A DNA stretch of 64,000 nucleotides. Source: Fibrobacterota bacterium (GTDB taxonomy: Bacteria > Fibrobacterota > Fibrobacteria > UBA11236). Under the pieces are notes generated by a model. It saw nothing but the letters and a program-made list of their open reading frames with translations, did not search any database and was not told where the DNA came from. The stretch spans positions 11,229 through 75,228 of the forward strand of contig JAEKLQ010000032.1 of NCBI GenBank assembly GCA_019509785.1, given 5' to 3'. This document shows positions 19,979 to 28,773 of the stretch, one piece after another; positions within the stretch are counted from its first letter, which is position 1; the number at the start of each line of letters is the position of its first letter. The translations under genes were made by a program, and so were the position numbers.

Positions 19979-20722
19979 ATGGCTCTCCGCGGCGAAACCG
20001 TCCCGGTGGAACAACTCCAGACCGAGGAAATCCGGCGCATGTTCCTGCTCCTGGACCGGCACTACGCCAACGCCAGTTGGGAAGGATTCCGGGAGGACCT
20101 GGCGGAGAAGACCTGGGTGATCCTCCTCAAGGACGGGGATGAGTTGGCCGGATTCTCCACCCAGCTTCTGATGGAGACGCGCTTCGAGGGAGAACTACTT
20201 TCCGTGGTCTTTTCCGGCGATACCATCATCGATCCCGCCCACTGGGGATCGCCGGAGCTGCAAACCAGCTTCGCGGCCCTATTGGATCGCCTCCACCGGG
20301 GGAGGCCGGATCGCAGGCTGTTCTGGTTCCTCATCTCCAAGGGCTTCCGTACCTATCGCATCCTGCCCATCTATTTCCTGGACTTCCACCCTCGCCATGA
20401 CGTCCCCGTTCCGCCCTGGCACCGCCGCTTGCTCGATCACCTGGCGCAGACGAAGTTCCCGGCAGCCTATCGGCCCGAGCGGGGCATCTTGGATTTCAAC
20501 GGGCATTCCCAATACCTGCGCCCGCCGCTGAGCGTCATCCCGGAAGCGCGCATCATGGCCAATCCCCATATCCGTTTCTTCGCCGAGGCCAACCCGGGAT
20601 GGGCCCGGGGCGACGAATTGGCCTGCTTGGCGGAATACGCCCCGCATAATCTCACGCCGTACCTGAGGCGGCGTCTGCCTTCCATGCGCCGGAACCAGCC
20701 GGCCGCGCTTCAGGAAGGATAA
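19979..20722 (+). CDS. hypothetical GNAT-like N-acyltransferase
   Basis: WVILLKDGDELAGFST...LLSVVFSGDTIIDPAHWG resembles a GNAT beta-strand plus acyl-CoA-binding region. The ATG lies 2 nt after the upstream TAG. Confidence 0.4.
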   Translation: MALRGETVPVEQLQTEEIRRMFLLLDRHYANASWEGFREDLAEKTWVILLKDGDELAGFSTQLLMETRFEGELLSVVFSGDTIIDPAHWGSPELQTSFAALLDRLHRGRPDRRLFWFLISKGFRTYRILPIYFLDFHPRHDVPVPPWHRRLLDHLAQTKFPAAYRPERGILDFNGHSQYLRPPLSVIPEARIMANPHIRFFAEANPGWARGDELACLAEYAPHNLTPYLRRRLPSMRRNQPAALQEG

Positions 20723-21822
20723 CGGAATGCGGAAAAGAATCGTTCCCACCGCCCGGCTACCAAGGCTTTGACCCGGGATTCCAAAGGATGCAGATCATTC
20801 GTCCGGTAGGATTTTACGGTAGCCAGGTAGCCCTCCAGGAACGGGCCGGCCGCGCCGAAGGGCCCGTACCCCAAGGCCCCGTACATCCGCTCCAGCTCGC
20901 GCAAGGGATCGGCCGCCAGATCCTCGTAGCGCATCTCATGCAGCCGCCCCGGCGGGATCAGGTTCCGGTCCGCCAGATAGGCGTCGTTCACGGTCTCGTA
21001 CCGTTGCAGGATGTCCTCGTCCACTTCGGCGGGATCCGGGCTCTGGAGGTACATGTAGGGGAACAGGGTCGCGATGGTATGCCGCGAGCTCTTGAACACG
21101 GCGTAGGGGTCCCGCACGATATGCACGAAACGGGCATCGGGAAAGAGCTCCAGCAGAAGCGGGATGCGGGCCGTATGGGCCGGGGACTTGAACGCCAGGG
21201 TCCTGGCCCCATGGCGCCAAGCCAGCTTGCGGGCGAAGCGGCCGAAGGCGTCCTGCCATTCCTTCGCGGCGCCGGCCTCGGCCTCCTTGAAGGTGAGGTA
21301 ACGCGCATAATACCTCCGGTTCGCGGGGAAGCTCACCCCGCAGTAGGGGGAGCGGCCGGTCATCAGGGCCATGGCGAACTCGTCCTCCGCGGGGGAGCCG
21401 GCGGAAAGGGCCATGCCGTCCATCGGACGGGTCTTGGGGATGAAGAACCTCAGGATGGGAGCCAACCATCCTTCCGTGAGGAGGAAGGTTTCCGGGCTCA
21501 TGACTTGGAGCGTGTTGGGGCAGGCGAAGCGGTCCCGGTCCGATGCCAAGAGGTATTGCAGATGGGTCGTGCCCGCGCGCCAATGGCCCAAGACGAAAAG
21601 GGGCGGCTTCGGGGCCGGAGTCGATGCCACCTTAGCAGCGTACAACCCGCGCTCCACGCGGGAGACCAAGCTGTTAACGAGGGCGGCCGAGGTTACCGCC
21701 GCGGCGCGGTGCCAGTAACGCGGCTCCACCTTCCATCGGTTCTCCTTGAGCAGCCGCAACCACGCGCGGAAACCTATCCCGTACAAGTAATTATTCGCGA
21801 GACTTATCTTTCTGCTATCCAC
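20710..21822 (-). CDS. PAPS-dependent sulfotransferase family protein
   Basis: The 5'-PSB loop is LGHWRAGTTHLQYLL, followed by a later RDP motif (HIVRDPYAVFKS). The start is GTG at 21820-21822. Confidence 0.7.
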   Translation of the reverse strand: MDSRKISLANNYLYGIGFRAWLRLLKENRWKVEPRYWHRAAAVTSAALVNSLVSRVERGLYAAKVASTPAPKPPLFVLGHWRAGTTHLQYLLASDRDRFACPNTLQVMSPETFLLTEGWLAPILRFFIPKTRPMDGMALSAGSPAEDEFAMALMTGRSPYCGVSFPANRRYYARYLTFKEAEAGAAKEWQDAFGRFARKLAWRHGARTLAFKSPAHTARIPLLLELFPDARFVHIVRDPYAVFKSSRHTIATLFPYMYLQSPDPAEVDEDILQRYETVNDAYLADRNLIPPGRLHEMRYEDLAADPLRELERMYGALGYGPFGAAGPFLEGYLATVKSYRTNDLHPLESRVKALVAGRWERFFSAFRYPS

Positions 21823-21857
21823 CAGCGCCTTCCAACTTGATCCGTAAGGGAATATCC

Positions 21858-22658
21858 ATGAAGAAACTCCTGCTTCCAGCCGTCCTTCTTTGCCTCGCGG
21901 CTTTCACCGGCTGCAAGGACTACCATTATGTAAAAGTCGCCCAGGTGTTGCCCGTGGGCAAAACGTCCGGTCTCACGCCGGATGAACGGCAGGCGGACTC
22001 GCTGATGAAAGCGCTGGTCTCCAACCAGGCGGCCGTGGATCGCTTCCAGAAGATGTTCAAGTGCGCGGTCCTCGAGATCATCGATTTCGACAGTCTCACC
22101 TTCACGGTAAAGATAAACGCGGATTCCGCCGGCGCCGGTCACGCCAAGGCGGAATATTCCCTGGGAACGGATCCGGCCGCCAAGCCCGATCTGGTCTTGC
22201 CTATTTACCGCAAGAACCTGTCCAACCTCCTCCAGATCTTCGCCGACAATACCGTATCCGATGAAGAGGCGTACCGCATCCACCGGGCCGTCTTCGGATC
22301 TTCCCTGAGGTCCCTCTTCCAAGTGCCCGCCCTGTACGATCCGAAGATCGCCAAGCATCTGGCGCTGCCCAACTTCATCCAGATGACCCTGAAGAACGAG
22401 GGGAATTATGAATTCATGGGATCCAAGAAAGAAGCCGTGGTGACCATCGTCAACGTGGACGGCCAGTGGCTGGTGACGCAGGGCGCCTACGGCGATCCGG
22501 AAGTGAAGTGGGCCGTTACCCCCAAGCAGTTGGCGGATTTCACCCGCCTGGTATTCGAGCCCGGCAAGGGCGCCGCCACCTCCATGAGCGCCGCCCGGGC
22601 CCGCCTCAAGGAGATCAAGGCCTTCATTGACGGCATCACGGTTTATCGTCGGGGCTGA
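21858..22658 (+). CDS. lipoprotein of unknown function
   Basis: The signal peptide MKKLLLPAVLLCLAAFTGC carries a lipobox. AAGGGA lies before the ATG. Confidence 0.6.
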   Translation: MKKLLLPAVLLCLAAFTGCKDYHYVKVAQVLPVGKTSGLTPDERQADSLMKALVSNQAAVDRFQKMFKCAVLEIIDFDSLTFTVKINADSAGAGHAKAEYSLGTDPAAKPDLVLPIYRKNLSNLLQIFADNTVSDEEAYRIHRAVFGSSLRSLFQVPALYDPKIAKHLALPNFIQMTLKNEGNYEFMGSKKEAVVTIVNVDGQWLVTQGAYGDPEVKWAVTPKQLADFTRLVFEPGKGAATSMSAARARLKEIKAFIDGITVYRRG

Positions 22659-22664
22659 TGTCCG

Positions 22665-23351
22665 TTGGCCGAATTCCTCGTATACCTGAACCGGGTCGTC
22701 TGGTCCCTGGCCGGTTTCCCGGTCATGGCCTGGCTGTGGTACCGGCACGGCGGGGCCAGTGTTCCCTTGGCCGCCATCGTGCTCGGCATCCCGCTGGTCT
22801 TCGGCTATCTCATACCCGGATTGGCCATCCTGTGGCTGCGCCTCTGGGAGATCAACTCCAGGTTTTCCTATAAAGGCATCCAGATCCACCAAGGCTTCAT
22901 CTATGCCTCGGGCCTGTCCCTGGACGCTTACGCCGCCCACCATGTGCGCTTCGCCTCCCCCTGGGCCACCGTGATCGTGTCTTGCCTGCTCACGGGGTGC
23001 ATCGTCGGCTTCACGGGATGGTTCATCGATATCGCCGGGGTCAAGGCGGGCCGTATCCGCATCGATAATCCCCCCGCCCGGGCGGGCCGCGACCCGGCCA
23101 CCATCGTGACCTATTACGCTCCCGCGTGCTATTTCACCCTGGGCTTCTGCTACATGTTGGCGGTCCATTTGGTTTGGGCCTTCCTGGGCCCGGCCGCCCC
23201 GGGACTACCGGGTAACCTTCGAGATACGGTAACTCCCGGGTCACCATCGGCCTTTGCCATAGCCGCGTTGTACGCCGCAGGCTTTCTCCTCACCGCCGCT
23301 CCCGCCGGCGCGCTCTACCTTTACCTGCAAAAGAAGGGCCGGTCGGTTTGA
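22665..23351 (+). CDS. integral membrane protein of unknown function
   Basis: It has five to six hydrophobic helices. The start codon is TTG. Confidence 0.45.
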   Translation: MAEFLVYLNRVVWSLAGFPVMAWLWYRHGGASVPLAAIVLGIPLVFGYLIPGLAILWLRLWEINSRFSYKGIQIHQGFIYASGLSLDAYAAHHVRFASPWATVIVSCLLTGCIVGFTGWFIDIAGVKAGRIRIDNPPARAGRDPATIVTYYAPACYFTLGFCYMLAVHLVWAFLGPAAPGLPGNLRDTVTPGSPSAFAIAALYAAGFLLTAAPAGALYLYLQKKGRSV

Positions 23352-23389
23352 CGCCGGCATCCACAGGATTCGCGTCCTCCTTAGGCTTC

Positions 23390-24715
23390 ATGCTCGATCC
23401 CCTGGGGCGGGGCGCAGGCTTACGGCGTCGCGGCCGCCTGGTCCGCCTGGCCAAGGCCACCGGAGGCATGATCCTGGTTTTCGATCCCGCCGACGTGGAC
23501 GAGCTCCTATCCCGTCCGGATACGTTCGCCCGCTGGGAACGGGACACCGCCCCCGTCCGTTTCCCCACGGACTCGGCCTCTTCGCGCCTCATCTCGGGCC
23601 TACTGGCCATGCAGAACGGCGCTAAGCATCGGGAATTGCGGAGGCAGCTCGCTCCGGCCTTCGATCATAGTCGCCTTAAACATTACTTCGCGCTTTCACG
23701 TTCCGGCATCGCCGCTTTCGTGGAACGCCTTGAGGCATCGGGAACGGTCCAGGATCTCAACGGGATCTGCCATGCCCTGGCGATGAACACCGCCTTGCTC
23801 ACCTTGTTCGGCGCGTATCCGGGCGAGGAGTCCCGCGCCTTAGCCGATGACTTCCGCGCTTGGATGAACGCGGCCTTCTCGCCTTGGACCTTGCTGCTCC
23901 GCTTCGATGCGCCGGGCACTTCCTTTGGCCGTTTCCTAAGGCACGGCGAAAGCCTGGAAAAGCGCTTGATCGCGCTCTTTTGCAACCGCCCGGAAGCCCA
24001 AGGGGCCTTGGTCCAGGTGGTATTCGGGCCCGATTGGGACCGGCAGGTCACCGAGGCGGAGTTGGTCAGCCGCGCCGCGGGCTATTTCCAAGCCAGCTAT
24101 GAAACTACGGCCAATACCCTGGTCTGGACTTTGATCCTGCTGAACCTCCATCCCGAAGCGGCCCGCGCATCGAGGGAGGAAATCCGCGCCGTGATCGGCG
24201 AAGGCGAAATCGAATATGCGCATCTCCAGGCCCTGCCGTACCTACGCGCCGCGGTGCTGGAGAGCATGCGCCTGTTGCCGCCGGTTCTGCTTTTCCCCCG
24301 CATCGCGGTGCAGGAGCTCGCCTTGGGCGGCGTGGAAATCCCGAAGGGCGCCCGGCTCGCGTACGGACCGGCCTTGACACATCGCCTTCCGGACGTATTC
24401 GAGGATCCCTTGGCCTTCAGGCCCGAGCGGTTCCTGGGACCGGGCCCCCGCCCGGAGGGCTTCCTGTCCTTCGGGGGCGGGCCGCGCCGATGCCCCGGGG
24501 AGCAATTCGCTTTGAACGAAGTGCTGCTGATCCTGGCCGCTTGGCTGAGGCGGGGCTTTCCCCGCATCGAGACAGGCACTCATGTGAAATGCCATGGCTT
24601 GGTGGCCCATACTCCGGTCCGACCCGTGCCCTTCCGCAACATCCCCTGGTCCGAAGTTCCGGGGAAGCCTCCGCGTTTGCAAGGCAAGGTCTTCGCCGGG
24701 ATCAAGCATGCTTAA
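23390..24715 (+). CDS. cytochrome P450
   Basis: The heme-binding loop is FGGGPRRCPGEQFA (FxxGxRxCxG). The EXXR motif is LESMRLLPP. The start was trimmed to the ATG at 23390. Confidence 0.8.
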   Translation: MLDPLGRGAGLRRRGRLVRLAKATGGMILVFDPADVDELLSRPDTFARWERDTAPVRFPTDSASSRLISGLLAMQNGAKHRELRRQLAPAFDHSRLKHYFALSRSGIAAFVERLEASGTVQDLNGICHALAMNTALLTLFGAYPGEESRALADDFRAWMNAAFSPWTLLLRFDAPGTSFGRFLRHGESLEKRLIALFCNRPEAQGALVQVVFGPDWDRQVTEAELVSRAAGYFQASYETTANTLVWTLILLNLHPEAARASREEIRAVIGEGEIEYAHLQALPYLRAAVLESMRLLPPVLLFPRIAVQELALGGVEIPKGARLAYGPALTHRLPDVFEDPLAFRPERFLGPGPRPEGFLSFGGGPRRCPGEQFALNEVLLILAAWLRRGFPRIETGTHVKCHGLVAHTPVRPVPFRNIPWSEVPGKPPRLQGKVFAGIKHA

Positions 24716-25583
24716 GCCGCCCGGCCTTCTCTTCCTTGGCTTCGCGGCTGCCCTTCTGGCGGCCCTGCACGCCGGCGCCTTCGCCGCATTCTTCCATTTC
24801 GAAGCCGGGTTCTTCCTGGCCGCATTGCTCCTATGGCAGGCCACCGGCATACTGGGCGTCTCCGTCGGTTACCATCGCTTACTTAACCACCGCAGCTTCG
24901 AGTGCCCGCGTCCTATCAAATGGGTCTTGCTGTTCCTGGCCGGACTGGCGGGCCAATTGGGTCCCATCCGCTGGGTGCGCGTGCACCGTTTCCACCATGC
25001 CCACAGCGATACGGATCTGGATCCGCATACGCCCCGCCGCGGTTTCTGGTTCGCGCATCTGGCCTGGCTGTTCCAGGCAGGCCGCCGCGGGAATGAACCG
25101 GCGCTTCAGGAGCCTCCGGCCGATCTACTGGCCGATCCGGACTGCCGCTTTTTCGAACGGGCCTATCCCTTCCTGTTCTACGGCTCGCTCGCCGCCATCG
25201 GGTGGGGGTGGGGTTGGGCCGGCTTCCTCTGGCTCGGGACCTTCCGCTTGGCGGTTACCTTGCATAGCATCCTGAGCATCAACTCGGTCGGGCACGTCTT
25301 CGGCCGACGCGATTTCGACCTGCCGGACGACAGCCGGAACCTCCGCCTCTGGGCCGCCTTCACCGGCGGCGAAGCGCTCCACAACAACCACCATGCCCAT
25401 CCCCGCAGCGCCCGCTTCGCCTGCCGCCCCTGGGAACCGGACGCCGGATGGTTGGCCATCCGATCCCTGGCCGCCTTAGGACTGGCCTGGAACGTCCGCT
25501 ATTACGATCCCGTTACCGGCAGCCTGGCCATCCTCCGCCCCCGACCGCAATCGATCCCGCTTCCCTCGCCGGCCGGAACCTAA
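24708..25583 (+). CDS. acyl-CoA (delta-9-type) fatty acid desaturase
   Basis: The motifs HRLLNHRSF, HRFHHAHSDTDLDPH and NNHHAHP are present. The gene overlaps the P450 gene by 8 nt. Confidence 0.8.
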   Translation: MLKPPGLLFLGFAAALLAALHAGAFAAFFHFEAGFFLAALLLWQATGILGVSVGYHRLLNHRSFECPRPIKWVLLFLAGLAGQLGPIRWVRVHRFHHAHSDTDLDPHTPRRGFWFAHLAWLFQAGRRGNEPALQEPPADLLADPDCRFFERAYPFLFYGSLAAIGWGWGWAGFLWLGTFRLAVTLHSILSINSVGHVFGRRDFDLPDDSRNLRLWAAFTGGEALHNNHHAHPRSARFACRPWEPDAGWLAIRSLAALGLAWNVRYYDPVTGSLAILRPRPQSIPLPSPAGT

Positions 25584-25782
25584 ACCTCGGCGCCGCTTCC
25601 TCACGATAGGCGCCTCTCACTGCGACCCACCCAAATCCCCATCGACCCAACGCGCCCGGCGGACAGTCCGCGCGTCCGCCGTTGACACCGCTCAAGTCTT
25701 TCGCCGCCAAGGTTGGGGAAGGATTGGCAAAGGTGGCGGAGCGGGCCGGGGCGGGGCTCCGGGCCGGCGAATTAAAGCGGGC

Positions 25783-25882
25783 GGGCCATTCCGCGTCGTG
25801 GATAACCAAGTCTATGGGCAGTCCGCATGCGCGCTCTAAGCCCCGAAGAAGGATATGCGGACGTCCAGACGCGGAATGGCCC
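25783..25882 (+). ncRNA. candidate structured cis-regulatory RNA or attenuator upstream of hisE-hisG (nested hairpins)
   Basis: The outer inverted repeat is a perfect 15-bp GGGCCATTCCGCGTC ... GACGCGGAATGGCCC. The inner inverted repeat is a perfect 8-bp GTCCGCAT ... ATGCGGAC. There is no credible ORF. Confidence 0.3.
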
Positions 25883-25972
25883 ATCAGACCAATTCCACGA
25901 CCCGCTTTGTCTGAGCCGGCCCGGAGCCCCGCCCCGGCCAGACCCACCCCCAAATTGCTATCCTTCCCGACC

Positions 25973-26233
25973 ATGACATTCGAGGAAATGGTACAGCTAG
26001 CCAAAGAGCGCAAGCGCGATATGCCCGCCGGCAAAAGCACCACCGCGCTCTTCGAAAAAGGCGCCCATGCCATCGGAAAGAAGCTGGTGGAAGAGGCGGC
26101 CGAAGCCTGGATGGCCGCCCGCTTCGAAGGCCGGGAGGCCGCCTCCCTCGAATTGTCCCAAGTGCTTTATTACGTCGCCTGCATGATGGCGGAACAGGGC
26201 TTGACCCTGGAAGAGGTATACGCCAAGCTATGA
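25973..26233 (+). CDS. hisE: phosphoribosyl-ATP pyrophosphatase
   Basis: MTFEEMVQLAKERK...GKSTTALFEKGAHAIGKKLVEEAAE...LYYVACMMAEQGL is the canonical HisE pattern. Confidence 0.8.
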   Translation: MTFEEMVQLAKERKRDMPAGKSTTALFEKGAHAIGKKLVEEAAEAWMAARFEGREAASLELSQVLYYVACMMAEQGLTLEEVYAKL

Positions 26234-27066
26234 TCAAGGTCGCTTTGCCGAACAAGGGCCAGCTTTTCGAGCCCACCATGGACATCCTCGCGGCCTGCGG
26301 CTATCGTGTCAGCAAGTCCTTGCGCTCCCTGTCCACCCTGGACTCGGATAACCATGTCGAATTCTATTTCCTGCGCCCTGGGGACATCCCTCTCTATGTC
26401 GCCAACGGCATGCTCGATGCCGGCGTCACCGGCAAGGACTTCGTGGCGGAAAAGGGCGTCGCGCCCAACTGCCTCATCGATCTCAACTTCGGCGCCTCCA
26501 AGCTATGCGCCGCCGTTCCCGAGAACCATCCCGCGAAGTCCCTGGCCGATCTGAAAGGCATGCGCATCGCCACTTCCTTCCCGCGCATCGTTTCCGCCCA
26601 GCTTCCGGGGTGCCCTCTGATCGAACTGGAAGGCGCGGTCGAGATTTCCATCAAGCTCGGCATCGCCGACGCCATCGTGGATATCGTGGAGACCGGCACT
26701 ACCTTGAAGCAGGCCGGGCTCCGTATCATCGGCGAGCCCTTGTTCCAATCCCGCGCGGCGCTCTTCGCCCATCCCGGCCGCGAAGTCCAGGAAGAAGTAA
26801 CCATCCTCCGGAGCCGCATCGAAGGCAAGCTCCTGGCCCTGGAGTACATGATGGTCGAATACGATGCGCCGGATGCCTTGCTCAAGGCGGCCTGCGCCAT
26901 CACCCCCGGCATCGAATCCCCCACCGTGATGTCCTTACAGGAAACCGGTTGGTTCGCTGTGAAATCCATGATCCGGAAGAAGGAAAGCCAGCGGATCATG
27001 GACAGCCTATCCAAGCTGGGCTGCAAGGGGATCATCCTCACCGCCATCGACAGCGTTCGCATCTAA
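26230..27066 (+). CDS. hisG: ATP phosphoribosyltransferase, long form
   Basis: The N-terminus MIKVALPNKGQL, the motifs DIVETGTTLKQAGL and the C-terminal regulatory domain identify HisG. The overlap with hisE is ATGA. Confidence 0.9.
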   Translation: MIKVALPNKGQLFEPTMDILAACGYRVSKSLRSLSTLDSDNHVEFYFLRPGDIPLYVANGMLDAGVTGKDFVAEKGVAPNCLIDLNFGASKLCAAVPENHPAKSLADLKGMRIATSFPRIVSAQLPGCPLIELEGAVEISIKLGIADAIVDIVETGTTLKQAGLRIIGEPLFQSRAALFAHPGREVQEEVTILRSRIEGKLLALEYMMVEYDAPDALLKAACAITPGIESPTVMSLQETGWFAVKSMIRKKESQRIMDSLSKLGCKGIILTAIDSVRI

Positions 27067-27093
27067 CCGCGGTGGGCGCCCGCGAGAGCCCCT

Positions 27094-28440
27094 TCAAGGC
27101 GTTACGGTCAAGGTGACCGGCACGACGTAGGGGCTGGCCTGCGCGGGATCATCGTGCAAGAGCCTGATCTCTCCCTGGTAGGTACCGGGAGCCATCCGAT
27201 AGGTCCAGATGTTCATGTTCAAGGCCCGCGTCGCGCCCGCGCCCACGGTAAAGATATCGGTGCCCGGGTACGGGTAGGTTCCGTTGGTCGTCATCCACGA
27301 CGTTTGCGTTCCCAGGTAATCCAGGGCGTTGGCGACCAGCCGGGGAACGTCGCCGCTCCAGTTCTGATCGCCGGGATGGAAATTCAGAAGCGCCAAGGGA
27401 TACTGGATGTTGACGGCTCCGGTTATGTACCCGTTCGCGTAGTTGCCGAGGGACACGGAAGAGTTGTCCTGTACCCTATAGGTCGCCATCGCGGAGGCGG
27501 CCCAGAAGGAACTCACCCCGGCATTGATGGGATGATCCGCGAGAGTTCCGCTCTGTCCGGCGAACGCCGTTTGATATTGCTGGATCGTGGTGAAATTCTG
27601 GATGAGGCCGCCCAGGCGCGCAGGGTTATCGCTGAGCGCTTGCGAGAAGTACACCATCCTGCCTCCGCTCAGAAGGTACGCGGCGAGGGAATCCCCGGTA
27701 GCCACGGGATCGGCCCAAGCCCCGCCGGCCTCGACCATCACTACGTCGAACCGGTTCAGATAGGCCAGGGTCGGAACACCGGCGCTTCCATCGAACACGT
27801 CCAAGGTGTCCACGTTGGAGAAGGTACGGACCGCATCGATGAATTGGCCGTATCCCTCCGGGGTCGGCGTCTGCACGAAGGCCACTTTCCAGCCCGCGGC
27901 CGGGCGTGGCAGAACCGGACCGGTGAAATCGACGATCGCTTCGAGACGATCCCCGCCGGAGTTCGCGATCTGAAGCGAAGCGGTCCCTTGCGTTCCCGCG
28001 GCCTGGGTCAGCCGCAAGCTCGTTGGGGAAACGCTCATGGTGGGAGGGACCACGCCGGTGCCGTTCAAGGACACACAAGCGGGCTTCGATCCGGAGTTGG
28101 AGTAAAGGCAGGCCGAGCCGGCGACGGACCCCGGGGACTTAGGGCGCAGACGGAATTCCAGCCAGGCCGAGGTTTGCCCCGTTAGGTTCACGGGAACCGG
28201 GCTGGAGGTCCGGAAGACCGGTTTCGAGACGGTGATTTTGGTGATCGTGATCGCGCGTTCGCACGCGTTCCGGACTTGCAGGTATCCGAGACCTTCATTG
28301 CCTATCCAAACGCCGCCGAAGTCCACGGACTGGGAAACGACTTCCAAGCAGTCGTGGTTTTGGGCCGAAGCCGTAAAAGGGATCGCGAGCAGACCGGCGA
28401 CAAAGCCGGCGCGGATGCGGCTGGGAAACGTTTTGTGCAT
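27094..28440 (-). CDS. secreted paralog family protein A: N-terminal Ig-like (DUF1573/ASH-like) domains + C-terminal ThuA/class-I-GATase-like module
   Basis: The signal peptide is MHKTFPSRIRAGFVAGLLAIPFTASAQ. The module FDVVMVEAGGAWADPVATGDSLAAYLLSGGRMVYF is shared with the genes at 28774 and 32517. Confidence 0.6.
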   Translation of the reverse strand: MHKTFPSRIRAGFVAGLLAIPFTASAQNHDCLEVVSQSVDFGGVWIGNEGLGYLQVRNACERAITITKITVSKPVFRTSSPVPVNLTGQTSAWLEFRLRPKSPGSVAGSACLYSNSGSKPACVSLNGTGVVPPTMSVSPTSLRLTQAAGTQGTASLQIANSGGDRLEAIVDFTGPVLPRPAAGWKVAFVQTPTPEGYGQFIDAVRTFSNVDTLDVFDGSAGVPTLAYLNRFDVVMVEAGGAWADPVATGDSLAAYLLSGGRMVYFSQALSDNPARLGGLIQNFTTIQQYQTAFAGQSGTLADHPINAGVSSFWAASAMATYRVQDNSSVSLGNYANGYITGAVNIQYPLALLNFHPGDQNWSGDVPRLVANALDYLGTQTSWMTTNGTYPYPGTDIFTVGAGATRALNMNIWTYRMAPGTYQGEIRLLHDDPAQASPYVVPVTLTVTP

Positions 28441-28705
28441 GGAGGATTCCTTTCCGATCAGGATGAGGCGCGGAACCGTGCAGCGGAAAACAGCACGGCG
28501 GGCCGCGCATCAAGGAAAAAATCCTTCCCCGAGGCATGGCACTATCCGCGCGGGCCTGCAAATCCCGGAAGCTTCCGTTCCGCCGCCACTGAATTCCGGG
28601 TGTTTAGCGGGATGCTGCAAATCCGGGAGGATGCGCGTCTAAAAGGGGGGATCGCATAGGTAACACTCAAGTTACCTGTCCGGGTTCCCCGCCTGCGAAG
28701 GCCAT

Positions 28706-28741
28706 GGAACGGAAAGGCCCGCCCGGAGGGACCGGACGGGC
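28706..28741 (-). terminator. hairpin terminator-like element (copy of the motif at 33955)
   Basis: GCCCGCCCGGAGGGACCGGACGGGC forms a palindromic stem. It lies 3' of the minus-strand gene ending at 28774. A near-identical 25-mer lies at 33967-33991. Confidence 0.35.
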
Positions 28742-28773
28742 ATACTTCGGAACGGGATCCGCTATGCGGAAGA

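Noticed and set aside
25682-25972. N-terminal extension of hisE (six-frame ORF from 25682)
   Set aside because: The HisE family is about 90-110 aa and its consensus starts at MTFEEMVQ (25973). The extension spans the nested hairpin and is low-complexity.
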